DNA of 61,899 bases, counting the filler, from Choristocarpus tenellus KU-1152 (lineage: Eukaryota > Protista > Phaeophyceae): NCBI GenBank assembly GCA_964200185.2. It is 11 parts of 11 records of this genome, joined end to end, with 100 filler letters (N's around TTAATTAATTAA, not from the genome) between each part and the next. Parts side by side here need not be neighbours in the genome. Positions count along the whole stretch, not along the records: positions 1 to 15,066 come from CAXNAD020001069.1; positions 15,167 to 18,126 come from CAXNAD020023352.1; positions 18,227 to 20,995 come from CAXNAD020024911.1; positions 21,096 to 24,334 come from CAXNAD020021328.1; positions 24,435 to 30,787 come from CAXNAD020008324.1; 6 more parts are not named here. One strand, written 5' to 3'. Positions 12,391-25,274 of this stretch are shown here, piece after piece (within the stretch, counting starts at the first letter, position 1; the number at the start of each line of letters is the position of its first letter). Position numbers and translations under genes: made by a program. Below the pieces are notes generated by a model. It did no database searches. It was given only the letters and a program-made list of their open reading frames with translations, and was not told the DNA's origin.

Positions 12391-15300
12391 CCAACCAATT
12401 CTGAGTGAGGGGGACTGTGATATGGAGGGTGCCTACCTTTGTCATGATTGCCTGCCCGGGAGGAGGAACCTTATGACCTTGCGGTAGCGCACTCTTCCTT
12501 GGGTGTCGGATCCCTTAAGGTATACTGAGTTTTGGTTGCCTTGATTATATCCACACTAGGGATAAGGTTCCTGGCATGCGCACCCCGTGTAGTTCCAGTC
12601 TCCTGGCAGCAGAATTCACCACAGCCCCGACTCTATCAGATAAGGAAGGACTTGCCGTGAGAGGAGGCAAAGAAGTTGTGTACTACGGAAATTCCCATCC
12701 GCGCTAAAGACTGAGAAACCAACCACATCTGCCATCTCTTCTTGAATTGGCTCCCACAGCCATCGGACCAGATGTGGAGGACCTCTAGGGTCTGTCCGTA
12801 TTCACTGGCTAGAAGTATTAAATGGTCTTTCACAAACACCTCCACGGCATTCTGGACGAACTTGTTGTCTTGGCTTCAGTCTTCACTGCACATCGTCATG
12901 CTGTGAGCCCAAACCCTTCCCTTCTTACCAAGATTTACCTCTTCTCTGAGATCCCTCATCCACCAGACAATGGTCAGAAGCGCCGTAAGGAATAGATTAA
13001 AGAGCTCTTGTTGTGTCAAGTTTTGGTTGTTGTGTTGCAGGTGGGCGCTTAAGTCTATGGACATGGCGGTATGTCCTTTGGGGAGGCGGGATTGGCAGTG
13101 TTTGTATTGTTGCGCCTACCAAATGGTGGTGTTGTGATGAAGGAAGAAGCTCTTGTCGAAGTTTCCAAATATGACTTTTAGGAGTGTAGGGAATTCCTCC
13201 GTCCTTGGGAACAGCACCTGCATCGAATGGGCCACGTGGTTGCATATCGGCTGTTGTTGCTGGTGATAGGTCGTGGTGATTCAGGCTTTGTTGTGGTGTA
13301 ATCGATTATGTTCAGTGCTGTGGGAGGGAGCATCTGTTCGTTGTTTGACAAATACGCCGTGACACATTCAATGTACACAATAATTATTCGTCGAAGGAAA
13401 CTGTCGCTCACCTTTCACCTCCGGCTGTGTTTGTCCGTAGACCCTGTGGCGTCTTCGTCATCGTTCTCCTCGGTCCTGTTCCTGCTGAAGTCAGGGGCGG
13501 ACTCTCCCACCATGCACTTAGCGATAATCAAATCGTCGGTCATGAGATTGTCCGCCCTCAGCTATGCATATTTTTCCTTGATCATCTGGATCATGTCATC
13601 TTTGGTGGTCCTGCTTGGGGTGGCGATGCCAAGTCTAGGTGACAGCGCCTGTGTGGCAGTGTAGACGGGCATAGAGATTATTGCAGCATGGGTGTGTAGT
13701 CTGAATGTGAACATGGGGGTATGGTCGATTGGCAGGGTAGGTTGCCATGTCGGTCCTGGACCTGGTGTGAGGGTGGAACCGGACAGGTTCGTCTTCCAAA
13801 AATCTAACTAGTTGGTGGGTGTTAGGGTAAGGCACACCTTCATCTCCTGGCAAGTCTTTCATTGCAGGTCCACCTTCACCACCGAGGTGTATGCGTGGAC
13901 GAACTCATTTCCATGTGACACGGGTGCTGTGAGAGTCCAACATACAAGGGCACTTCCACATCGGATGGGATTTCCAGTCACACCTGTCACATGTACCGTC
14001 GACACATGAACTTTTGAAACTGCCCAAGGAACCGCCAGAGGACGGTTCGCTGAGGGGCCCCAGCACGGTCCTCTAACATCTGTTTTGTTTTGATTTGTCC
14101 AAGAGCGGTTTTTGTTGTCAGTGTAGAGGTTTGAATAGCGGATCGAACGTCACTTAAGGAATCCGGCGATCGCTGCCACATATTTAGAGGACGTGGTGAA
14201 ATGGTTTGAGGGCGAGTAAACGTTGGTGTGTATTCACAGTCGTTTCATTATTTTGGATACCACTAAATGAGCACTACTTTCGAGTGCGGCTTCCACTTCT
14301 TCAGACCCGCATCCTTTGCCTTTGTCGCAGGATGCGCATGTGAGTGCGCAAGCGTGTTGTCCATCGTCGCCAAAGAACGTCCTTGCATGTACTTTCTTCC
14401 AGTTCTCTCTTAGGCACTGAACCTGGAGGTCAGTGGTCATGTGGTGAATGCAAACGCACGATCTGTGTTGAGTGGAAAAATAGAGGGAGGGATACGGTGG
14501 GTTAGCACCCGTTGTATGTGGATACGGATGAGACAGTACATGAATGGGTACCCTGTAGCGGTTAGGAAACATAGACTTACCCAATCATCACTGTAGCGTT
14601 TGTGTCCTAAAAATGGAAAGACTATTTCCGCACATACCTTAGAGTGGCCTTTGTGATGTAGAACGGTCTCCACTTCACGAATGTCGACAGACAGGGTAAT
14701 GGTCCTGACGTCCCCTCCTGTTCGAATCTCTCCCTGAAATTGGCGTAGACATCCTCATCTGTCCCAATCTGTGACCTGTTGTCACGTTGGTTGCACCATG
14801 TGTACGTATTGTAATGTCAAAGTTTTGTTGGTCGAGGATGAACAAGTTTCAATGATTAATCCATAAAGTGTCGAGGGTGGATAAGCGCAATATTTGTGAG
14901 GATGACACTCGCTAGTGTAGAGTACCCCTGAGCGTGCTGTAGGCACAGTGCATCCGGGCAGCAAACTCCCTTGTTCGTATGCGGGTCTAAGTAGTGCATT
15001 CCCTGAGTGGAATCATGAGATGTGACCGGATCGTGGGGCATGGCGGTGCTGTTGCTCTCCCATACGNNNNNNNNNNNNNNNNNNNNNNNNNNNNNNNNNN
15101 NNNNNNNNNNTTAATTAATTAANNNNNNNNNNNNNNNNNNNNNNNNNNNNNNNNNNNNNNNNNNNNGGTGCGGAAAGATTGGGGGTAATGGTCAGATGAG
15201 GCTTTACTCACGCTGACCATTGTGCGCTTTATTTGACTGGAGGCTCGGCATTCACAGGTGGACATCAACACCAACTATAACCAAAGAGATCGAGGTACAA

Positions 15301-16751
15301 AAGGTATCATATCGTCCCTTCTTGTATCTACCGGGGAATATTCGTGTGGAAAATTGAAGACCCTGCTCCACTTCGAACCGCAGTGTGCTCCTGCATCCTG
15401 GTTGAGAAAAGAAACAGGTTGCAAGACCATCATTCCTCCAACACAGTCATACCTTAGACCCCTCCCTAACACACGGTAGGTACATCCAATACTTAAAAAC
15501 GTGTGAGTGTACAGTGGCAGCATTTCATTTCAGCCTGTACAAGCATTGAACAAACCGGGTCCCTTAGAACCTCCTCCGTTTCACATCGACACAAAAAAAA
15601 AAAACGTTCTAAAAATTCAGAATTTCGAATCATTAAAAGCGCGACTCTGCTCTGGACTTCGAAGCGGTAGGCTTTGGGTGAGAGAGGGTCAAGCACGTCT
15701 CGTGATGGTCCGGCTCTACAGTGTGTTTATTACAGGACCATCACCTGACCATCATAGGATTCTTCTAATGAGCATCAAAAATCTTTCACTCAACACCTTT
15801 CAGGACAAGATAGTTACCTACAGGAGGGCTATGCTCTCAGATCAATGATCTCATGGTGATAACTGCTCTAGGGCACCTTAAATAGCAAAAGAAAAGCACT
15901 GCCCATTGATGTGGATACTGTGGAGATAGACCTAGAAGGCGATGGGAAAGGGCAGACTTGCTGACCTTTCAGCCTAGTCCTACAAACCAGTGGAGCTATT
16001 CAAACTCAGACATGTTGTGGTGTGCCAAGTATTAAAACAATGAAAACATAATTTTTTCCAGTGTGATCGATTTGCAGTGTTCACTCTACCTGTGCTCAAC
16101 TTTAGGGGAAATGACGTAGGAGGATTTTGTGTAGAGAAGCATGTAGAATAGTAAGGAGAGGAGTCCAAGTGGTGACAGGAGATTGAGATATCTATTCGAG
16201 AGAGGGTATTTGTCTTACCATAATCACACCACTATTAGTGCTGGCTTTCCGGTGCTCAAACACCACCTATTACTTTTGAAACCAGCCCTCTATATTACGA
16301 ACAAACATGATAAGCTGCGCCATGGTGCTCACAACAGACAGAATATTGTTCATGTCACCCTGGTAAAGCAAATAGCATTTGCATACTTTGGAAAATAGTA
16401 AACACTGGATATGATGGGAGGAAGACATCAACCGAAGTTACACCACACACATAGTCTACCCGAGCCTCAGTCAACTGCACTCCAGACTGTAGATAGAACG
16501 TCGCACAGATTGTGTTTCTTTTGAGGTAAGCCCAGGAATATCACCACCAGAGCTGACTTCAATATAACAACCAGTTTCATAGTAGGAGGAAAAAAGGAAG
16601 CGTCGACAGTCCAAACAACTAGTCAGATGCGACATCCTAATATATCTGGGGCTTGAAGCGAAGCACAGGCACTTACATGGATTATTATATTATGAAAGGG
16701 AAGGGCAAGTGTGTGTAACAAGAAAGTCATTATCATGACAATACTGTCTGA

Positions 16752-17666
16752 CCATATTGTGCCGTTCATGCAAGATCCGCAGGGTTGAGAGCATTTGGAC
16801 ACCGAGATCCCTAACGCGTGCGACTGGGAGACCGCTGCTCCTCTTCGCCAAAGAGCCCAGATCTTCCCCCAGTCGCTCCAGGATGAGGAACCGAAGACCT
16901 TTAGAATCTCCATAGCCACCTGGTCCATGAATATACCGGGCAGCAGAAATAGATAGGGCGATTGGTCTACATTCGAAGAAAATTGAAACCGCAAAGTTCA
17001 AGATAAGGGGTTGTTTATTGTTTCCTCCTGCATCACACGCATGGTTCCGCCATTAACCAAATACTGTGTCGTGGCAGCATCTCTTCTAGCGAACGCGACC
17101 TTCGAAAATTCACACCGCACTCAAATGGGACAGGCACAGTGTCCGTATAGAGCCCATGGATGACTCTTTGGCACACGCAAAGAATCCCGCACATCGGCGT
17201 AAGTTTACTTGACTCACTGTCCGGCATGGACGGTACGTTGGGGTGACCACGAAGGGGTCCTTGGTACAGTCCATATTCACCATGAAGTATCATCGCATTC
17301 ATCTCCCCTGCGCTACGCTTCCTCTTTTTGTTGGCGGTCTCCAACGGAATGGGAGAGACCTGTCGTTTTGAGGGGCTTCAGAGATATCCTCGGCCCCATT
17401 CGCGTCGCAGTACTCGACTGATTACTTAACGAAAGGGTCGAAATTGTATCCTTCGACAAAGACAATGGAGCAGGTGAGATAGTTAGCGGTGAAAACCCCT
17501 TCTTGGCTATACTCACCTTCGCGACAAAATGGCCAGGTCCTGAAATGCTCTCGCATGTTGCCTCGTATACCTCACTGCACGCGCCCATACCCAGGCGCTC
17601 ACCCAGTTGCCAAGTCTTCCGGTTGAGACCGACTGTTGACCGTAGAGACAGGCCGGTGAAGGACAT
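16752..17666 (-). CDS. CK1/VRK-like Ser/Thr kinase, N-terminal exons only
   Basis: WQLGERLGMGACSEVY...FVAK, E..LY, GYGDSKGLRFLILERLGEDL...QMLSTLRILHE joined by GT-AG introns; catalytic loop and DFG exons not found on this contig. Confidence 0.8.
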
Positions 17667-18054
17667 TGCTCTTTGATTGTTGTACTATTATACAACTAAT
17701 GTAAATTGTGGGGGGTGTTGGTAAATTCCACTCGCTATAGGTACAACCAACTCAACCTACCTCTACACAATTCACATCTTGGACAACACTCAACACTATG
17801 TTGTGCCTATGACGCTAGAAACAAAAAATATCACAACACTACGCTATGCGCAAAACAGTCTAATTCAAAAAACGCATAAAACTGCGTTTACTCCAGAGCA
17901 AACTATACACTACATAAAATATATTATTCCTATACCCTCAACACTTCGTACGTATGACAGGGAAAAGCCAAACCAGTATCACAAGTACCCTTGAAAAAGA
18001 AAGGTGAACGATACCTTTCAAAAAACTGTTTACTATTTGACTCTATCAGCTAAA

Positions 18055-18126
18055 AACAGCCGATTTCAAAAATTGAGGATGGAGCTTTTCATTGAGGATG
18101 GGCTTGACCCAAAATTGACTGGGATA
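18055..18126 (-). repeat. 72-bp dispersed repeat (inverted copy at 61281-61352)
   Basis: 70 of 72 nt identical to 61281-61352 in reverse complement; internal CCATCCTCAAT x2. Confidence 0.9.
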
Positions 18127-18226
18127 NNNNNNNNNNNNNNNNNNNNNNNNNNNNNNNNNNNNNNNNNNNNTTAATTAATTAANNNNNNNNNNNNNNNNNN
18201 NNNNNNNNNNNNNNNNNNNNNNNNNN

Positions 18227-19148
18227 GGGTAGAGGCCCTCGAATTGACGGCGGAAGTTGGAAATATATTCCAGGGACAGGGCCTGTCAAGTTTATACCAA
18301 ATCATCAATGTACGAACTATTCAATGACCAATGGCAAGGGGGGTGGGTGCTGGGGATGAAGAGGGTGGATGGGAGGTTGTTATGACTGGGAAGGGTTAGG
18401 TGAGGGTGGCGTTTGGGTGAGGAAAAGTGGTTTGTGGACAATGGAGGTGAGGGCTTGCTGCGCTTTTCTAGTCCAGAGACGAATATATAGGAGCATCAAG
18501 ACTTAGTAGCTCTAGATACGTTTATTGGTACCCTCAAATATGTGCCAAGAGACACCAGAGAGGTTTGTGTGTGAGTATTGTGCTGTATGTCGTGACCAAA
18601 TTGTATTCTTGACGAAGTGATCTATGAAATTATGTTCGTATTCTGAATCTCCTGATTCAGAGGAAACCTCGCTCAAGCCAGGAATAAGAACGTCTGGTAC
18701 CGTGCTCCTCAGGATCGAGAATTCCTTGTGACATCTCATACATATTCACAGGGCCCCAACGAGGCAGTGAGGAGGAACGTTGCAGACACTACGTGCCTCC
18801 TTACCTCCTTATTGGAGTTGCACGTGTACCCCTCTGGAGGGCATTCTCCCGCTTCCACATATTTCTGAACCTGCTGCACTCGTTGCTGCTCCAAGTCCAG
18901 AGGGCATTCCGAAGATGTGTTTGCAAAAAATGAGCACGATTGGCGATATCTCCAAGGTTGGGGTCTCAATCTCGAAAGTTTGGATGGGGATGTAGTCTAT
19001 GGATGATTTACGCGTGTCTCCACACCTGTTACTAAAACACCCAAATATCCTTGTGCTTGACTCTGCCCATTTTTACACCCACCTGCTTGGTACTTCGCAG
19101 TCCTTCTGCAGAGAACGCTGTACCATTGTGCTCGGAAGACCAGACCAT
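18227..19148 (-). CDS. DRC7: Dynein regulatory complex subunit 7 (CCDC135), 5' exons
   Basis: Exons 19148-19083, 18996-18805 and 18282-18227 splice in phase 0 to give PPEGYTCNSNKE|ALSLEYISNFRRQFEGLYP, matching the DRC7 N-terminal conserved block; truncated by gap. Confidence 0.8.
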
Positions 19149-19440
19149 TCTGTTCTCCAAGGAGGTTAGATGAGTAATCAGAATTTTTAGTTTGCGTTCT
19201 TGGCTCGAGTGAAGACAGAAAGAGGTTCAATCTGACATCGAAATTGATTATGTTGTGAGGGTCCCAATCCCCAAACGTATTGGGTTGCTTCTCATTGTAC
19301 TGAAAAATCTTGGAGAGTATCACCACAAACTACGAGGAACGTTTCACCGCTTTCAGATAATTTTGTTTGTTTTCGTCTGTCCATACTCCGTATTATCCAC
19401 TTATATCTCCATAACCCTCTTACAAAATATCTCAGATCAA

Positions 19441-20961
19441 ATGGACCCTCTGTTTGTCATTGATGCAAGCCATCATGGCAAGGGGCCAGTCATATTCTCG
19501 TGGCATCCACGGGGAACCCTGCTTGCCTCATCAGGGTCCAATCGTGCCATCCACATTTTCACGTGTCAAGGTCAACTGCTACACTCCATTAAGCCACCAG
19601 CATCGAGGTGATTCTCGATAGGAACAATGCTGCATCATTTGCCGACCTCTCGCAGTCATGATCAGAGCATGGAATATCGTGGAAATTAGGTGAACGAAAA
19701 ATAGCATCTGTCGTATACGCGGACTATGTCCTCCCACTCGAGACCCGAGAACTTGGAGTAGGCACCACACCTCAAGTCAGTACCCAGCCAACAACCCACG
19801 TACAAGACCGCTCTCTGCTGTCAAATCTCATGTGTTCGTTGTCTTTCCTATATAGAATATCGTTACGTAGCTCTGATTTCTGTCACACCACTTTGTGCAA
19901 ACAAGCTGCCCACTAAAGCTTCATTCATCCCTATGTGCCAAATGCAGTGCGTGCACAGCTCTCGAATGGGATCCGCAGGGTCGGGTTTTAGCTATAGCCC
20001 AAGCGAACTCGTCGGTTGTGATGCTATGGTTCGCAAGGCGGTGGAAAACACGGACCGTGGATGTGGGTGTAAAGGCAAGTGAAGCAACCACACCTCGAGA
20101 CTCCTGGTCAGCAAACCTTTCGTGTCCCATCCAATACCAACATCCGCCAGTTTTGTTGGAGGGTGAATTTACTTATGCAGACAACACCAGAAGGCAGTAA
20201 CTAGAAAAAGGCCAATGGAATAGGGTAGAGGAATGGGGGAATAGGTTTCGATGAATGCAGTATTATTCACCTCTGTAGGTATCCGTTCATGATCTAATTG
20301 TCTGGTCTCCACCGCAACGAATACAGCTCTAAAATGAGCAAGGGGAACGCCAACAGGCGATTGGTGAGCTGTAATAGAAAGTTAGCATCATTTGTAGTGA
20401 AGAAGTACTTACGTAGATATGAATCGTGGGGCGCAAAGAGTCACACTGACAAGTTGGTGTGTCGTTTGTCCCCCCAAGAATGTCCTTGTTATGTCGTGCT
20501 TTCTCTCAAGTTTTCCCACTACAATCTTACTTTTGCTTGCTGTATACTCTGCCCAATTCTCCAACCCTTCATCGCCTTTGCCTGGTGTGAAGAGAGCCAG
20601 CTTCCCCCTACAGGATCTATATCATCTGCTTCTCATCCCAGCCTATTGCGCTACCTAGCCTCAATTCTGTGGATCTGTGTACACGGTGACAATTTGCACC
20701 CTATGAGAACACTATCCTCAACGTTCCCCCTTCACCCCCTTCTCCCTCCTCTCAATACAGCAGCAAAGGCTGTGAGTGCATGGTGACCATTGGAAGATAG
20801 AAGGAGAATCAGTTATGAATTGTAATGCGCACATACCTTGCATCCCCCATGCCCCTATCCAGGATGTGACTTTTGTCAGCTGGTCAAAAACTGGGGAGTA
20901 CCTTGCCCTTGGCACTGGGAAGGGGACAATGTGTTTGTACCACCGACGGAGAAATGATAAG
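19441..20961 (+). CDS. IFT144: Intraflagellar transport protein 144 / WDR19, 5' exons
   Basis: Exons 19441-19607, 19948-20074 and 20863-20961: FSWHPRGTLLASSG, CTALEWDPQGRVLAIAQANSSVVMLW, VTFVSWSKTGEYLALGTGKG. Confidence 0.9.
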
Positions 20962-21153
20962 GTGATACTCATTAGGGGGGGGGGGGGGGGGGGGGNNNNN
21001 NNNNNNNNNNNNNNNNNNNNNNNNNNNNNNNNNNNNNNNTTAATTAATTAANNNNNNNNNNNNNNNNNNNNNNNNNNNNNNNNNNNNNNNNNNNNCCCTC
21101 CCCCCTCCCCCCTCCCCCCTGTTGAATGAAACAATTGCTGTACCTTGAAAAAG

Positions 21154-23640
21154 ACGCCTCTAATGTCAGCAACTTTGTTAGGGAGGTCATGCACGCCTCT
21201 GTGAAAATACTTCCCTCTCCCTCTCCAGCCTACGATGGGAGTCAGTACCTGAGGATGTGTGTGTTTGAGGTGAATGGAGGGGGGATGGGAAGGAAGGGAT
21301 GGGAAGGAAGGGATGTGAAGGAAAGTGTGGGACGGGGGGGCGCTAGTAAGCCATGGACATGCATGTCACTTGAAAATGGGTTTTTGGAAAGTTTTGTTGG
21401 TGACTGGTGTTGTGCTTTGAAGGGGTTTGCCAACATGGATTGAATTGGATCTGAAGTTTTTTATGTAGTTATTTGATTGCATCAAATGCGGCTATCGGCA
21501 AGGCACCCCAAGGGAGGTTGAAGCGAATTGCATTTGATCACGGAGGTTTGCATATATAGTAGGAAGGCGAGAAGTGAATTGAGCAAATTAATTTTTTTTT
21601 ATGGTGGACTTGATTGTTCTTTGAATGAGAATCTGGTGTGATTTACACCTTCAAGTATTGAAGTTGCACCACAGTCTCATAAAAGAAAAGAGGGTGATAT
21701 TTTTGTTTTATTTTGTCAGTGTGATTACAGCTGGCTTGCCCTTGTTGTCAGAGGGAAAGTATTTGTTTTTTCATGTTTTGACAGGCTGAGTAAGACAGCG
21801 AGCAAGTGCGAGATTATATTTATTATATTTATTTGAAAGTGTTTTTCAAGAACATAGTGTAGTTATATTTTTATTTTATAGTGGGGATGCAGTTCGCAAC
21901 TTCAGGTGAGAGTACCCCTATCATAGGAGGAAATAGGCTGATTGCATAGTCTGATTCGATTGATGTATTTATTTCTCTTTTTTGTTTATTTTGGGCTGAC
22001 TCAATTGGTAAATTGTTGTCAAGTACCTTTTCTTCATTTTTTTCTTGTATTTTAACAAGGAGAAAGTTTCCAGGAAATCCCCAGTCGTCCTTATATTTGA
22101 CACTTTTAAATTCTTTTTATTCCTTTTATTTTTTTTTCCTGTTTGTACTATTGTACATAGTACCAGTGCATAATCTTCTTATTGGTTAGTAACACAAGTG
22201 ATATTCTGATATATATATATACATAAGTATATATATATTTTTTCTGTTCTTGTGTTCTTATTGGTATTTTGAGATACCGATATAAGTCAAAAACAGTAAA
22301 ATAACCCCCGTGGTATGGAGGTACATGGGATTCTAAAGAGGTATCGCAAGTCATGGGTTCAAGTTTCAGATAGGTCGCTTGCCTAACTCTCTTTACGGTG
22401 GTAGAATAATAATGGTAGAATAATAATGGACTGGGAAGTGAAACGGTCAAGGAAATGGGCTCAATGGGAAACCCTTGGATTGAGTAGACTGTTTGAGGAG
22501 TATGATATTTAATGGAGTGGTGGGGTGGTTGTCGATTGATGAAGCTGGACAAAGCTGGACAGTGCCCTGGCCTCTGATTTTGTCTAGATTCTATGAATGT
22601 TTGTCATTTTTCAACATCCAGTTAATGTAGTGGGCATGTTTTTTTGTTTAAATGTACTATGTTACTAGCCTTTGCATTGATGTGAAATATTTGAGATTTT
22701 AGTCTATATTTTATCGTGGAATGATATTTTGAGAGAAGATACCCTCCCTCCCTTTGATGAGGGGCAGATGGAGTGACTTTAGCTATTTCTTTTGATCAAG
22801 CAATAATGAGGAGCACCCTTGAGACTTTCATTCACACATGTAAAATGTACCATCTGTTGATAATCTTACCTTTGATGAACAACCTGAACAACCTGAACAA
22901 CCTGAACAACCTGAGGCAACCGACCAACAGTACATGCTTTTAAAAAATGTGATAAGACTGATGTATTACATCTGTTGTGTAGGTAATGCTACTATCGTAT
23001 ATTACAGCATTTTTATTGTAATGGTGTAGTGGCAGATGCTGTTGCTGCTCTCTCAATAAAAACTTAATGAAGTGTACAGTGGTTTTTGTAGTGTGACAGA
23101 AAAAGGAGGCTTTTCTAGGATGTCCTGTGTGATGTTTTGTTGTATTTTGTTTATGGAAGTATTAAGTGATGAGATGAAGTTCGGGTTGGGGTATTTAAAA
23201 AGATCAAAGAGCTATTCTTGTCTTTTTCTAGCAAAAAAAGTCACTACTCATTACACGATACTATTGCTTCTAAATTTGATGTGGTGTTGATTTTAGAAAG
23301 AAGGCATGGTGAGAGATTTATTGGAGTTTCTTACAATTGTTTTTTTTTCAAGTTAGGTATCTTAATACTTCAACCTCTACACTCAACTCCACTACTGGAC
23401 TGCTTGGAAGGAGAAGGTACAAGTTGATTTGATGGTGATAATCCCGTTTAATACAGATTTCCATCAAGGTACAACTTGATTTGTTAGTGACAATGACATT
23501 TAATATCCATCAATACCCATCAAGGTGCAAGGACGAGCATTCTTGTGGCACATGGTCAGGTGCATCATGTCCATCTTGTTCCTGGTGGGTAAGGGGCTGG
23601 AGAAGCCAGAAGTCATGAGCTTTCTCCTTGACACAGAGAG
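21154..23640 (+). CDS. PUS3: tRNA pseudouridine synthase TruA/PUS3 family, internal exons
   Basis: Exons 21154-21269 and 23525-23640: DASNVSNFVREV...MCVFE|VQGRAFLWHMVRCIMSILFLVGKGLEKPEV. Confidence 0.85.
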
Positions 23641-24518
23641 GTGAGCACTTGGGTACAGTCACAATGTTGGCATGGGATTGATGTTAGTGTAAGAGAGTTG
23701 ATAGTTGTGTGTGGGGTATTCAGTCCTACTTGTTTGAAGATTATCATTTGACTGGTAGTCTTTCTCGCTTGGGTTTTTTGTTACATTCTTACATGAGGGA
23801 GGGTATGAAAGAGTAGTCATCATTGAACATTCCACATCACTTAAGAAGTGACCAATGTATGTGAGAGGTATGGACTTGAGAGGATGATCTTGGACAGGTT
23901 TTCTACTGGGGGGGTTGGAAACCATCACACTATCGTGCTGGTATGGAAAGATCCCCTAGATTGAGTAATTTGATAGCACCCTCTTTTACAGTACCTGGCC
24001 TTATTTATAGACTTTTGCTGTTTCCACCACTAGTTACACATGATTGCTCATAAGGAATGAACCACCGGAGTGTATTGAGTGCATTGTCCTCTTTTCCCCC
24101 ATTATTTTTGATATGTTTGATGTCCCTTGAGTGAGTAGAGTTTGATGTCCCTATCCCCGACTTGTGTGTACAATTACTCTGCCCTTGACTCCTCTGTATG
24201 ACCAAGGAGTGTGTTGTTGTACATTCAATGCATGTGGCATGGTTTAACTTGATTTCATTTTATCTATACATATTTTCATGCATGTGTGTTGTATGTATGT
24301 ATGTATGTATGTATGTATGTTGTATTTATGTATGNNNNNNNNNNNNNNNNNNNNNNNNNNNNNNNNNNNNNNNNNNNNTTAATTAATTAANNNNNNNNNN
24401 NNNNNNNNNNNNNNNNNNNNNNNNNNNNNNNNNNGGGGCGTCACTCTGATGTTTGTTTTTTTGTCCCCCCCTTTTATCCCCCCTTTTTTTTTCTTGGTGC
24501 TGTTTTTTTTTTTTGTAG

Positions 24519-25232
24519 ACTTCCGTGATCATTGAATCCCCAGCCATATCAATGAAGCTGCACCTCCTGGGCGACCATACTCCCCCGACAGAAGAGGAGT
24601 TGGTAGTGAGTGTGGAGGGCATTCTTCATCGACATGGCATACAGAGGGCGCTGTTCTTCGGTCACAGTTTTGGATCCATACCGGTGGCTTGGATGTCTAA
24701 GCATCGCCCAAAGGTTTTTTTTATTTATTGCGCAGTAGTGTTTTTTTTTATCATTTATTGCTACAGTGTTGGATAGATGTACCCCGAGCAAACACTTGCT
24801 GTGTAAAAAGGTTTTGAAACTACTCACTCGCCTTCCTAATACTAGAGAATAATACTAGAGAAGAAGAAGAAAAGTGCAGAGGACTTCTGACTCCCACCCT
24901 AACCCTGGCTCGGACCCTACTCGGTACTTGTGTGATGGTACAGGACTGCAGGCAGTACAACCCTCTTGCCTTTGAACAGATATGGTGCATCTGTACATTG
25001 AAGACCCAATGCATCAACCTCCACAACATTTTCAGCATGTTCAATCAAAGAGAATCTGGAAGGAATGACCTACAATGCAAACCTTGATGGCCTTTTTTTA
25101 TTTCAGTGTTTATGCCCCTCCCTCAACATCCACCCTAACCCCTTCACTGGCCCCTTCTCCTGTCCCTAATCTTGACCCCATCTTACATGAACATCGGTCC
25201 ATCTGTATGTCTCCTGTTTGTCAACTTTTGAT

Positions 25233-25274
<42 letters not shown>

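Larger units (their letters stand above)
9796..14790 (-). mobile_element. Intron-containing Sola2-type DDD transposase pseudogene
   Basis: Ordered motifs STFVKWRPFY, CVCIHH, LPKGHTAMSID, LHIWSDGCGSQFK, HNFFASSHGKS(L)SDRVG, GIKSMHRF, LSCYSTNC. GT-AG introns at 12436-11140 and 10617-9940. Internal stops and frameshifts. Family assignment from recalled Sola2 motifs. Confidence 0.8.

Noticed and set aside
15067-15166. Recurrent TTAATTAATTAA flanked by Ns (about a dozen times)
   Set aside because: Artificial six-frame-stop contig linker, not biology; it also invalidates gene-neighbourhood inference across gaps.
15258-15523. TRRDDM as kinase subdomain IX of the CK1/VRK gene
   Set aside because: Intervening catalytic-loop and DFG motifs not found and surrounding residues do not fit; probably chance.
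22285-22390. Possible tRNA-derived SINE head (GGGTTCAAGT)
   Set aside because: No convincing A box or cloverleaf and no second copy in the window.
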